DNA of 64,000 nucleotides from Methanobacteriota archaeon (GCA_038104845.1 JAYOBJ010000008.1:7788-71787), one strand, 5' to 3'; positions 51,717 to 61,402 are shown, numbered from the stretch's first letter. Numbers and translations: made by a program. Notes: a model not told the origin generated them from the sequence alone.

Positions 51717-54700
51717 TCAGAAGCGACTGCCGCCACGGCTGCGTGAGGTTTTGACACCACCGTACACCACGAGGGCAACAAGGAGGGCAATCACAACGGT
51801 CAGCCAGGGCGAATCACCGTCGGCCGTCGTTCGTGGGTTGTACTCGATTTGGAAGTCGAATTCACCACCTTCAGAGATGGAGTCAACGAAATCAGCTTCT
51901 TGTCCTTGAACGTCGATTCGAACGTGGTAGCGAGCGTTGCCGGCCTGTTCTTTGGTGATGCCCTCGAACACAGCCACCGTTTCACCTTCTGCTGGGACGT
52001 TGATGTTCACCTGCATCTCTTCACCTGTCGCTTCGTCCGTCAGGTAAACGAAGACGCTGGGTGCATCGAGCAGGCCGGTGTTCCGAACAGGGACACGCAC
52101 AGCGCCCTCCTCGTTGGTGTATTGGTCCGATGCCGTGATGATGTCGTTCTGATCCACGACCAAGGTGATGCGAGCCGATTGAATCGTGACCGTCGCTTCC
52201 TTTGTGGTGCCGCTGCCTTCGCTGTCAACGTACACAGTCAGCGTAAATTCGCCTTCCGTGAAGTCCTCGGGTGCGAACGCAGTGAAGGTTTGCGAGCGGG
52301 TTTCATCCTTGGCCAAAACCAACGTCGATTCCAATGGGGTGATGGACCAGCCTTCAGGAATGGCCTCTTCCACAAGGTAGGACGTGAACGTGTCACGTCC
52401 GTTACCTTCGTTGGTGATGTCAACCGAGAATTGGCGCTCAACCAACGCCCCCATACCAACGGTGTCGCTTTCTTGGGTTAGGTCAAAGCCGTAGGTTTGT
52501 GGCACTTCCACCTTAACTTGGACCGTGGATGCCTCACCAAGTTCGGTCTGGAGGCGAACCGTCACACGGTGCGAATCCTCAAGGTGCCAAGCATCCTCAA
52601 CGTCAGGCAAGGTGATCTGCACGGTCACCGTGGCCGTCAATGATGCTTGAACATCGTCGCTGCCCACACCAAGCCCGATGTCCACGCTGTCCTCATACTC
52701 GCCACTGGAGGTGTTGAGGATGGCTACGGACCAATCATCGGAGTCCTGAGCAAGACCCATCTCGCCGGTGACGGTGAAGATGTCCATGGTCTCCGTACCG
52801 TTGTAGGTCACGTCAACGTTGACCGTGATGATGTTGAACATCGAGTCGTTCGAAGAAGAAACACTGGCAAGGAGATGGCGGTCGTCCTCGTCCTCCACCG
52901 AAGCACCCGTGACGCTCGAGGCATCCATGTCCAGCACAAGGTCAGAGTTGACACGACGGTTGTACTCCAGCACCGAGTTGATGGTGGTGTCGGCCAACAC
53001 ACTCACGGTTTGGCCACCGTAGTATTCCATCGTCAAGGAAGTGCTGTGTTGCGTCGTTGAGAATTCCGAATCGTAACTGATGGTGCCTTCAGGGAAGAGT
53101 TGTTCCAACGAACCGTTGGCGGGAACAGCCATCATCCAAGCCATGTTGTCGTAACTGACTTCAATTTCAACGGGCACATTGAGGAGCGCAGCGCCTGCAT
53201 CATTCGAACCGGCATGGTGCTCGTTCTGCTCAATGTCCAGCCAAAGTGTCTCGAGGGAAACGTAACCGCCAAGCGCCATCACCATGGATACATTGCCGCC
53301 ATTGGCCACCGTTGCATCCAGCAGAGCGTAAGCCGTCCCGCCACCGTTGGGGCCGGGGTTGGCTTCCGTCACGACGACGACCCACTCACCGGGCTGAATC
53401 AAAGCTGACCACTCAAGGGTGGAACCGTTCATAGCACCGGTCACTGTCACAGGATCACGCTCAACACCGGAAACCGGATACAGCACGATGCTGGCCCCGT
53501 CAAGGCGGGCGGCATCGATTTGGTCGGTCACGGTACCCATCACATCCACCGAACCGGCATTGACCTCAATGTCCCTCGAATCGGGGCTGTCGTATACAAC
53601 GAATCCAGTAGCGTTTGCTTCTTCGTAGTGAACCGTGGCAAAGCCTTCCTTGACAACGGTGACGTTGTATGCATCACGGATGGGGACGAACAGTCGCCAC
53701 ACACCTTCACTGTCGGTCATCACCGTCTCGTTCACGTCGGTATTGTTGTTGCCGAGCACGGTGACATTGAACTCAGGGATGCCTTCAGTACTGTCAGGTA
53801 CATCGTCCTCGTCCAGATCCCAGAAGACCTTCCCACCGATTTGCACTTCCAGGTCGGCAATCAAATCACCTGCATCGAAGGTGTTGTTGTCGCTACCCGC
53901 AACGGTCACTGGGGCATGGCTCGTGTCCATGAACCAATGCTTGGTGCCGACCGTTCGGTTGAGGGTGAAACTCCAATTCCCTGGCATCATCATTTCCGTT
54001 GTGTTTCCGTTCTCGTCGGTCCGCTCGAAGGTGATGTTACCGTATCCGTCGTGGCTGACGGCGGTCACGCTCATGTCGGACAGGTCAGCGTCCGTAAGGC
54101 CCTCCATCAGGTGGATGGACACATCGACCGCAGCAACGGTTTGGAACGTCAAATCGGTGCGGCCGGCGGCATCCTCGGTCACGGTCAATGGCGCTCGAAG
54201 CGTTTCAGTCACCTCATCGTTCATGAACGGTGCAACAACGACAAGCCAATCGCCTGCTGGTACATAAGCTGCAAACGAGCCGTTTTCATCGGAGCCGATG
54301 TTGAACCACTGGTCGTCGGCCTCGTTGTAGAGAAGGAACTGGTTCGCAATGCCTTCATCGGTGCTGTTGACGAGTGTTCCGGTCACGCGGTAGGTGTGGC
54401 GCAGCGGCACGGAGAGGGGCTCCTCCGGGCCATCAAGACCGATGTAAATTTGCTCAAAGGCGATCTCACCGACGAGGTCGTAATCTGTGGCGTTCTCATC
54501 ACCGGCAGCGGTTCGGTTGAACACCAGGTTGTAGGTGCCGGGGGTCAGGTTCACCGTCACGTTTCCAGCGGAATCGTAGTCATCGGCGTCGAAATGGAGC
54601 GCATCACGGTTGGAGTCAGAGGGTTCCAGCGTGAAATCCGGTGACACCTTGGTTCCGTTCTCGTACGATTGGTCCTCTGCGGAGTTGAGGAACACATTCA

Positions 54701-57071
54701 GGGTCACATCGATGCCGTCGGGCATGGCCGTGAGCTCCATCAACGACAGATCGTCGGTCAACGACAAATTGACGGCGATGTTCTCCACAGGGTCGATGTT
54801 CAAGCGCTCTTCAGTGACGCTGAGGTCCCACGAACCATCGGGCAACAAGAAGAAGAACTCACCGTTTGCATCGGCTTCGGTTCGCCACTCATAGCCGTCA
54901 CCCGTGGCGACCACAACGGGCGCCTCCCAGCGAGGCAGCGAGCTGTCCCACCGGGTGGAATTGTCATAGAGGTAAATCACACCATTGACCGCAGTCAAGG
55001 GTTCGAGGAAGATGTTACCGAGGTCCACACTGGTGCCGGTGACCACTTCAACAAGGGACCCGTATCCAACGTTGCCTTGTATGCTGCTGGTGGTCATGTC
55101 GTAGTCGAATCCTGACGGTAGACGAACGGAGAAGTGGCCCGTCACGTTGGTGGTTGCTTCGAACTCCAGGTCGCCGGTTTGGAAATGCACCTCCAAACCA
55201 GAGGCGGCATCGGTGGATTCTAACTTGTTCTCTTCGGGGGTGTTGTCCACCCACGTGAGGTATTCTTCAGCAGAGCCGGGGAACACACGGAAACTGCCGT
55301 TGATGTATGCCGCCTGTGAATAGGTCACATCCTTAGCCAATTCGTCCATGTCCATGTCGAGCTCCAATTGATCGAACAGAACAAATTCGGGGTTGATGTC
55401 ATCGCTGATGTCCCACGTGCCGTAGAACAATTCAGCATAGACCACCCCGTTTTCGTCAGAAGTCGCATTCACCGGTTCAAGCACACCCAAGGTGTTGGCG
55501 AAGGTGATCACACGTCCGGACACGTCAAACAGGGGCTCCATGGTGTTGTCATCAACGGGCGAGATAAGCTGCAGCGTCACGTCCACGGTCGTTGGCACAC
55601 CGGAGGTCAGCGTGATGTTGGTGGTGTCATCGATGACACTCACGGACTCGTTCAGGTCGTACCAACCGTCGTTGTCAAGGTCCACGCGGTAGTAGTAATC
55701 GCCTTTGGCCACGGGGCCGTAGGAGAACGTTGCGTTTTCATCGGTCATGATGGTCACGACCTCGCCCTCGCCAAGGTCCACGTCAACCAATTGAATCGTT
55801 GTGTTTCGGAGCAGATCCCCGTCAAGTGTCGTCAAGGTATCAGCGAAAATGGCCCCGGGCATGTTCATGGCCAAATCGTAGGATGGCGTCACACCGATTT
55901 CCACCGGGTCAGGGAGCAGGACTTCCTTCCCGTTGGCAAGTTGAGCAATCATGTTGTACGTCCCGGGCAAGAGACCCGTTTTGTAGAACGAACCGGGTTC
56001 GACCATCGGACCCGAGAAGGACCCAACACCGATGAACAGGCCAGTTCCGTTGAAGGTGCCAGTGCCAGCAAAGCTGCCTGCACCTTCGATGGTCTCACCG
56101 GTGCCGGCTTCAGCGTCGCCATAGGTTCGCGTTAGTGTTGTCGTGCCTTCGGAGGTGAAGGTGCCGGATGCATTGACTGTTCCTTGGAGGAGGTATTGGG
56201 GCACATCGCTGCTGTCGTCGACCAAACAGACCGTTTCGTTGCCCGGCATGACCGGGTTGGAATCGTTGTCAGCGTCGCAACCAACGGGCGACCCTTCAAT
56301 CCACGAAGCGTCAATGGTGCCGTAACCGGTCCACGTGCCGTTGGCGAAGAAGGTCCGGCCGTCGCCGATGTCTCGGGTGTAGGTGCCGATGAAATTCTGT
56401 GCCACGGCGATGCCCTCACTCTCGAAGGTACCGTTTTCCACGAAGTTCGCCTCGCCAGTGCCTTGGAGGATGCGGCTTTCATCACTGGTGAAGGACCCGC
56501 TGGTGGTTTCCACGGTGTAGTTGTCCGTCATCGACCAAATGTTGCGCAAAATGAACGTCGTTTCAGCGATGGGGTCGCCGTTGAACGATTCGTCACCGCT
56601 CCAGGTCACGGTACCGGAAACGCCCGAACTCTTGACGGCGACATCAAGGGTCTGCGTCAAATCGGTCAAACGGTTGGCCTCGTCACCGGTCACGTTCATT
56701 TCAGCCTCACCCAACCAGCTCATGTTGGCGACTTGACCGAGAATGGCTGTGATTTGGTTGACCTCACGATCGTCGTTCGTGGGCTCAAGGATGTCACCCA
56801 AGCGTTCTGCATACGAACCGTCACGGATTTGGTCACGGGCCGCGGCGGGGTCGTAATCGCCTGCATACGCCGAGACTCGGATTCGACCGGCGGGAGCGAT
56901 GAACGAGTAGTGGCCGGTTTCGTCGGTGTCGGTGAACCCGATTGGAATCCAATATGTGTCATCGTCCAAGTCCGTCTCACCTTCGCCCGAGAAGGCGTCT
57001 CGCTCAACGAGGAGGCGGACGCCAGACAGACCTTGGCCGTTGTCGGCGAGGGTAACTTGGCCGCTCATTTC
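51717..57071 (-). other. C-terminal extension of AglB: repeated beta-sandwich modules, CARDB/NEW3-like modules and a terminal TM
   Basis: It begins after ...NTLVKILKYYPGAE. Module signatures are TDETGHYSFIAPAGRIRVSAY, DENATFSYGPVAKGDYYYRV, TNVTGHFSVRLPSGFDYDMT, ADANGEFFFLLPDGSWDLSV, SDENGSFAAYVPAGDWLVVV, TDENGNTTEMMMPGNWSFTL and TDSEGVWRLFVPIRDAYNVTV. Later come VDITNEGNGRDTFTSYLVEEAIPEGWSI and VPVRNTGLLDAPSVFVYL. The end is SPWLTVVIALLVALVVYGGVKTSRSRGGSRF. Confidence 0.6.
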
Positions 57072-60000
57072 AGCCCCTGGGTAATACTTCAGGATCTTGA
57101 CCAGCGTGTTGGTTTGTGGAATGCCCATGTTGGCGTCTTCGCTGTACCAGTTGGCGATGACGAAGTGGTTCATCATGGCACCGGGCAGCGGAAGGGCCTG
57201 GGACAAGATGCTCCCGGGTGAGCCGGACTGGCCAAAGTGCTGCGATGGTTGCGGGTTGGAGGCGCTCGTTGACACACCGAGGGTCGATGCACCGTAGCCC
57301 ACGTAGGTGCGGGCCACCATGGTGTCAAAGAACGCAGGGTTGTGATCAACCCGGACGTCCTCAATGAGCAACGGATCGATGTCAGCACCGGCTTGTTGGT
57401 TGAGGATGTCCTGTGCCATGGCCTCGTCGACTTCCTCACGGGTCATTTCGTCTTGGAATTCACCACGAACCGTTTCGTACACTTCGTCCATGTACGTCGC
57501 AATGTCCTGACCGGAAAGGATGGTGGGCGCACCGAAAATGCCCATGGGCTGGCCACGGTTGTAGTTGGCATCCGCCGTGTAGCGGCCAGCACGTGGGTAG
57601 AGACGGTCATCGATGGCGAAGTACCGAATCTCTTGATTCCGCTCGATCGTATCACCGGGCATTCCGTGGTAGTCCTGAACATCGTATTGATCAAGTTGAA
57701 TCAAATCGTTGTAGAGATCGTGGATGGTGGCGTCTGGGTTGGCTTCGAACGCTTTTGTCAACAGTTGCGTGACCATGGCCAGACGTGCATTGGTCCGGTG
57801 GATGCTTGTTGAAACCGAATTGTATTCCTCGAGCAAATCGGCAGTGTACCAGTAGTCGCCGAAAATGGTGTAGGATGCACCCTCAACGGTGTCGGCACCG
57901 GTGCGGATGTTGTTTTGGAAGGTGCTGTTGGCGTCGACGATGGACGTGAATTCGTCGCCCAAGCACGACGTGGACAAGTCATCCGTGCACGGCAATTGCT
58001 GTCCATCCTTGTAAATGCGGTATATCGTCTGCGACGTGTCAAACAAACCGCCCGTATCGGGGTGACCTTCGGCCATCACAACATCACGGTTGATCTTGAC
58101 AACTTGGAACGAACGGTCTTTGATGTAATCAACCATCCCTTCGTCGAACGTTGTCTGCATCGTTACAAATTCGTCCACTTGCTGTTCAGTGAGGTGGTTG
58201 CCAAGCACGCCAAGGAATGCAGGCGTGAATCGCAACGAATCGGCGTTTTGCGACGCAAACACACGGTCGCCGTCGGAGAGACGCCAGACCCACATGGCCG
58301 TCAAGTCCTCCTGTGACCGGGCCATGAGCATGTTTCCAGCAGAAGGAATACCGGATTGGAAGTTGTCCGAAACCGAGGGATGCTGACCGGTGTTGAGGGC
58401 TTGGAACCCGTAGTCCCACCACGACACGAAGGCGGGTCGATCGGAGTATGACTCATCCGTGTCTTGGTCCGCCAGCCATTTGTATGCTGTGTTCCACCCG
58501 TTGTCGTTGAATGAGGAACCGAAGCTGCCGAGGTACCATCGACCGTCGTAGGTGCTGCTGTCGAGCACGGAGAAACCCAAGGCGTTGTAGCGAAGAATGT
58601 CCGGGATGATGTTGTAGATCTGTTCGTCAATCTCACCCTCTTGGTTGGATGTACCTGGAATGGCAGAATCCAACCCGTAGGTGGCTTGCTGACCGAACAG
58701 CATGATCATCACAAGGAACACGGCGGAAAACTGTGGCGTACGCCAGACGGCTTTCCGAGCGCCCGAAATACGGTCGGCCGGCGTGCGGATGCCAAATTTC
58801 TTCCACGAACGGACCAGGCTGTTCCAATCGGCCCACCGCCAGAACGACATGATCCCGGCGGCACCGAGAACGGCCATGATGGGGGTGGCGTTGAACATGA
58901 AACGTGCAGCGTTCCAGGACATGAACGTCGCCACAAACACCCAGACACCGAAGACAAGGGAAGTGGAGGCGCGACTTCGCAGCCCTTTCCAAAGGAGGCC
59001 TGCGCCCATGATGAGAGCGAGCAGGAACGTGATCGGTCCAAACGACGCAAACAACTGTGCACGGTTGGGTGCGTTGGCTTCTGCAACGGTCCCGAAGATC
59101 TTGGTCTTGGCGAAGTAACCACTGCCCGAGAACAAGATGTCCCATCCGTACCAGATGTTGAAAAATTGTAGAACATAGAGAACCACGAAAAACACGATGG
59201 CCACGGTGCCCAACGTACCGAGGACCAGCAGCCAGGGCTTGTCTCGGAAACCGGTCGTCACGAAAGCGATAACGACGCTAAAGACCGCGATGAACAGGAA
59301 GGGCTGCAGGCCGGTGGGGTCAAGGACCAAGTTCAGCGTCGGGTGAGCGTAGAACGGAAGCCCCATCAGGAAGATCACGGCGAGCATCGTCAGGAACATC
59401 ACGCTGATGGCCGTGGAATCACGGCGTCGGAACATGTTGAGTGCCACCTGAAGGGCGTAAGCCAGGAACAGAATGGCGGGCCCGACAACGAACCCTTTCC
59501 AACCGAGCGAAGCGATCCCGAAGGAAACACCAGCGAGCACGGCGTTCGAGAGCGCATACGGTCGTGCTTGAGCAACGTCACGATAGGCGGCCATGAAGGA
59601 CGCCGGGTGAGGCGAGGTCACGCGGCTGATGCGAGCGGTGCCAGCGTAGCGGACGGCGCGCATCCAGAACATGAAGCCCAGCGAAATGAACAGCATCACG
59701 AAGGCGTCGTGGTCCGCCAAGGCCCAGGTTGAGTGAGTGACGTGAGCGGGCATGAAGGCGATGAGCCAAGCGGCGAGCACAGCGGCGCCCTTGCCGAACT
59801 GGTCGTTGGCCATGGCAGCGATGGGGAACACCGTCAGGGCACCGTAGATGGCGGGAAGGGCCAGCATGCTGAACCAGACAGCATCGGCCGGGTTGGCGAG
59901 GAAGGGCTTCAGCAGCATAGCACCAACGGCCATCGACCACGAAAACAGAGGGGGTCGGGGATTGATACCGCCCACGGGATAGTTTCGGTCGGCATCAACG

Positions 60001-61268
60001 AGGAGGTGCGCGTTGTTGGCCAAGATGTAGTCGACCACCCGCTTCATGTACCAAGGGTCAGAACCGCCGGTCATGTCCCAGTTACCGGTGCCAAAGGCGT
60101 TCATGGACGGCACGGCGTACCACTGAATGCGGACGGCCAAACCGATCAGGAAGGCTGCGGCAATCATCATGCCTGCACCATGGGTTCGCAGGAACATACG
60201 AGCGTTGGAAGGCTCGTGCTCACCGCGATTAGCCCAGCCACCGTAACGCTCGTGGTTACCGATGTAATAAATGGCGACACCGATGAAGAAGGTGAAACCA
60301 AACCACAGCCAGGGGGCCAGCGAGGTGTCAAGGTTTTCGTTGTACCAGATGCCACGCTCAAACCAAGACGACACTTGATAGAGCATCCACATCGACCCGG
60401 TGAGCATAGCACGGGTGTACCACCGCTCAGCGACCATGCCGGCGATGATCAGGGCTACCACACCGGTCAGGAAGGCGTTCCAATAGCCAACGTATCCGTG
60501 GTAGCCATCAACGGTCGTGATGCCAAGTTGGTCCATCACGTCAACGCTGTGGAAGTGCCAGAGTGAACCGCCAAAGGTGAGCACCCACACGCCGAGGGCC
60601 ACCATCAGTGGCAGAGCGTTGCGGTTGAACCCTTCTTCATGGCCAAGGAAGGAAAACCAACCGGCATCGCCAGCGGGGTTGAGCACCCCACGGGCCATCA
60701 CACCGGCCAGAACACCGGCCACAGTGGTGGCGGTCCACCACGCAAAGAAGGTGTAGGCCACGGCCTGACGCTGAAGGTTGAGCGTCGAGACCTCTTGCCC
60801 ACTGGGCATGAAGTAGGTCGTGGGGAGGGTCGCAAGGGCATCCGATGCAGCGGCGAGTGACACCCAAAAACCAACGCCCGAAAAGACGACCATGGTCTGC
60901 CATTCGTAGCGCTCGTTGAGGTTCAGCAGTGAGCCGAACAGGAACACCACGGCAAACAGCAGGGCTGCTACGGCGTCGTCGAGCGCCAAATGAATGGCCT
61001 CAGCACCGAGGAAACCGACCAAGAGCACACCGAGGGAAACGGAAGAAGGTGCGAGGTTGGGCTGGCTCGTTCGGAGCATGCGGGGCACGTAGCTCAGGGC
61101 CCCGGCGACGCCCGTGATCAGCAGGGGCGTCATGTTGTTCACCGTCAGGTCGTAGTCCAGACCCGTAATCTTCGCAGCGGCAATCGCCAGCAACACGGCA
61201 AGGGGGGCCAACAGCCACCCCATGGTTTGCCGAGAGGCGGATGCCTTCGTTTCAGCATGTTCGTTCAT
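51717..61268 (-). CDS. aglB: Oligosaccharyltransferase AglB/STT3 with extra N-terminal multi-TM block and ~1,780-aa C-terminal beta-sandwich ectodomain (3,183 aa)
   Basis: One uninterrupted ORF, with TTG at 61286 and ATG at 61268 preceded by GAGGG 7 nt upstream. WWDYG is encoded at 58407-58421. First-loop-type motifs are GSDPWYMKRVVDY and LADHDAF. At least 7 CarboxypepD_reg-like modules and CARDB/NEW3-like modules follow the normal AglB periplasmic domain. A terminal TM is followed by KTSRSRGGSRF. Confidence 0.9.
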   Translation of the reverse strand: MNEHAETKASASRQTMGWLLAPLAVLLAIAAAKITGLDYDLTVNNMTPLLITGVAGALSYVPRMLRTSQPNLAPSSVSLGVLLVGFLGAEAIHLALDDAVAALLFAVVFLFGSLLNLNERYEWQTMVVFSGVGFWVSLAAASDALATLPTTYFMPSGQEVSTLNLQRQAVAYTFFAWWTATTVAGVLAGVMARGVLNPAGDAGWFSFLGHEEGFNRNALPLMVALGVWVLTFGGSLWHFHSVDVMDQLGITTVDGYHGYVGYWNAFLTGVVALIIAGMVAERWYTRAMLTGSMWMLYQVSSWFERGIWYNENLDTSLAPWLWFGFTFFIGVAIYYIGNHERYGGWANRGEHEPSNARMFLRTHGAGMMIAAAFLIGLAVRIQWYAVPSMNAFGTGNWDMTGGSDPWYMKRVVDYILANNAHLLVDADRNYPVGGINPRPPLFSWSMAVGAMLLKPFLANPADAVWFSMLALPAIYGALTVFPIAAMANDQFGKGAAVLAAWLIAFMPAHVTHSTWALADHDAFVMLFISLGFMFWMRAVRYAGTARISRVTSPHPASFMAAYRDVAQARPYALSNAVLAGVSFGIASLGWKGFVVGPAILFLAYALQVALNMFRRRDSTAISVMFLTMLAVIFLMGLPFYAHPTLNLVLDPTGLQPFLFIAVFSVVIAFVTTGFRDKPWLLVLGTLGTVAIVFFVVLYVLQFFNIWYGWDILFSGSGYFAKTKIFGTVAEANAPNRAQLFASFGPITFLLALIMGAGLLWKGLRSRASTSLVFGVWVFVATFMSWNAARFMFNATPIMAVLGAAGIMSFWRWADWNSLVRSWKKFGIRTPADRISGARKAVWRTPQFSAVFLVMIMLFGQQATYGLDSAIPGTSNQEGEIDEQIYNIIPDILRYNALGFSVLDSSTYDGRWYLGSFGSSFNDNGWNTAYKWLADQDTDESYSDRPAFVSWWDYGFQALNTGQHPSVSDNFQSGIPSAGNMLMARSQEDLTAMWVWRLSDGDRVFASQNADSLRFTPAFLGVLGNHLTEQQVDEFVTMQTTFDEGMVDYIKDRSFQVVKINRDVVMAEGHPDTGGLFDTSQTIYRIYKDGQQLPCTDDLSTSCLGDEFTSIVDANSTFQNNIRTGADTVEGASYTIFGDYWYTADLLEEYNSVSTSIHRTNARLAMVTQLLTKAFEANPDATIHDLYNDLIQLDQYDVQDYHGMPGDTIERNQEIRYFAIDDRLYPRAGRYTADANYNRGQPMGIFGAPTILSGQDIATYMDEVYETVRGEFQDEMTREEVDEAMAQDILNQQAGADIDPLLIEDVRVDHNPAFFDTMVARTYVGYGASTLGVSTSASNPQPSQHFGQSGSPGSILSQALPLPGAMMNHFVIANWYSEDANMGIPQTNTLVKILKYYPGAEMSGQVTLADNGQGLSGVRLLVERDAFSGEGETDLDDDTYWIPIGFTDTDETGHYSFIAPAGRIRVSAYAGDYDPAAARDQIRDGSYAERLGDILEPTNDDREVNQITAILGQVANMSWLGEAEMNVTGDEANRLTDLTQTLDVAVKSSGVSGTVTWSGDESFNGDPIAETTFILRNIWSMTDNYTVETTSGSFTSDESRILQGTGEANFVENGTFESEGIAVAQNFIGTYTRDIGDGRTFFANGTWTGYGTIDASWIEGSPVGCDADNDSNPVMPGNETVCLVDDSSDVPQYLLQGTVNASGTFTSEGTTTLTRTYGDAEAGTGETIEGAGSFAGTGTFNGTGLFIGVGSFSGPMVEPGSFYKTGLLPGTYNMIAQLANGKEVLLPDPVEIGVTPSYDLAMNMPGAIFADTLTTLDGDLLRNTTIQLVDVDLGEGEVVTIMTDENATFSYGPVAKGDYYYRVDLDNDGWYDLNESVSVIDDTTNITLTSGVPTTVDVTLQLISPVDDNTMEPLFDVSGRVITFANTLGVLEPVNATSDENGVVYAELFYGTWDISDDINPEFVLFDQLELDMDMDELAKDVTYSQAAYINGSFRVFPGSAEEYLTWVDNTPEENKLESTDAASGLEVHFQTGDLEFEATTNVTGHFSVRLPSGFDYDMTTSSIQGNVGYGSLVEVVTGTSVDLGNIFLEPLTAVNGVIYLYDNSTRWDSSLPRWEAPVVVATGDGYEWRTEADANGEFFFLLPDGSWDLSVTEERLNIDPVENIAVNLSLTDDLSLMELTAMPDGIDVTLNVFLNSAEDQSYENGTKVSPDFTLEPSDSNRDALHFDADDYDSAGNVTVNLTPGTYNLVFNRTAAGDENATDYDLVGEIAFEQIYIGLDGPEEPLSVPLRHTYRVTGTLVNSTDEGIANQFLLYNEADDQWFNIGSDENGSFAAYVPAGDWLVVVAPFMNDEVTETLRAPLTVTEDAAGRTDLTFQTVAAVDVSIHLMEGLTDADLSDMSVTAVSHDGYGNITFERTDENGNTTEMMMPGNWSFTLNRTVGTKHWFMDTSHAPVTVAGSDNNTFDAGDLIADLEVQIGGKVFWDLDEDDVPDSTEGIPEFNVTVLGNNNTDVNETVMTDSEGVWRLFVPIRDAYNVTVVKEGFATVHYEEANATGFVVYDSPDSRDIEVNAGSVDVMGTVTDQIDAARLDGASIVLYPVSGVERDPVTVTGAMNGSTLEWSALIQPGEWVVVVTEANPGPNGGGTAYALLDATVANGGNVSMVMALGGYVSLETLWLDIEQNEHHAGSNDAGAALLNVPVEIEVSYDNMAWMMAVPANGSLEQLFPEGTISYDSEFSTTQHSTSLTMEYYGGQTVSVLADTTINSVLEYNRRVNSDLVLDMDASSVTGASVEDEDDRHLLASVSSSNDSMFNIITVNVDVTYNGTETMDIFTVTGEMGLAQDSDDWSVAILNTSSGEYEDSVDIGLGVGSDDVQASLTATVTVQITLPDVEDAWHLEDSHRVTVRLQTELGEASTVQVKVEVPQTYGFDLTQESDTVGMGALVERQFSVDITNEGNGRDTFTSYLVEEAIPEGWSITPLESTLVLAKDETRSQTFTAFAPEDFTEGEFTLTVYVDSEGSGTTKEATVTIQSARITLVVDQNDIITASDQYTNEEGAVRVPVRNTGLLDAPSVFVYLTDEATGEEMQVNINVPAEGETVAVFEGITKEQAGNARYHVRIDVQGQEADFVDSISEGGEFDFQIEYNPRTTADGDSPWLTVVIALLVALVVYGGVKTSRSRGGSRF
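58407..58421 (-). other. WWDYG catalytic signature of STT3/AglB
   Basis: The plus strand reads cccgtagtcccacca; its reverse complement TGG TGG GAC TAC GGG encodes WWDYG, in the context RPAFVSWWDYGFQALNTGQHPSVSDNFQSG. Confidence 0.9.
60195..61268 (-). other. N-terminal extension of AglB: ~360 aa with about 9-10 hydrophobic helices preceding the canonical STT3 first TM and loop
   Basis: Helices seen by eye include WLLAPLAVLLAIAAA, VSLGVLLVGFLGAEAI, AVAALLFAVVFLFGSLL, TMVVFSGVGFWVSLAAA, AYTFFAWWTATTVAGVLAGV, LPLMVALGVWVLTFGG, AFLTGVVALIIAGMV and PWLWFGFTFFIGVAIYYI. The boundary is approximate. Confidence 0.55.
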
Positions 61269-61275
61269 GGTGTTT

Positions 61276-61280
61276 CCCTC
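61276..61280 (-). promoter_or_regulatory. Shine-Dalgarno (GAGGG) for aglB
   Basis: The minus strand reads aatGAGGGaaacaccATG, with a 7-nt spacer. This supports ATG 61268 over TTG 61286. Confidence 0.45.
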
Positions 61281-61288
61281 ATTCAAGG

Positions 61289-61306
61289 TCCAGCCTCAAG
61301 GCTGGA
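61289..61306 (-). promoter_or_regulatory. Perfect 7-bp stem / 4-nt loop hairpin between purD stop and aglB start
   Basis: tccagcc-tcaa-ggctgga, 21 nt upstream of the aglB ATG. It could be a leader structure or a purD 3' element. No adjacent oligo-T tract is present. Confidence 0.25.
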
Positions 61307-61402
61307 GCACTTCGGCCACTTGTAAACCCCTTTTGAAAGTGACGGGGATGGTACCCCCCAAAACCAGCGCTCAGTCACTCGTTCGGCGCACCCAAGATAC
61401 GG

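Noticed and set aside
51717-61268. Explaining the AglB length by an intein or by accidental fusion of adjacent genes
   Set aside because: I saw no intein-like block (no Cys/Ser...His-Asn-Cys/Ser/Thr splice-junction layout). The extra sequence consists of repeated beta-sandwich modules in frame with no stop. Assembly artefact cannot be excluded without reads and is listed as the refutation test.
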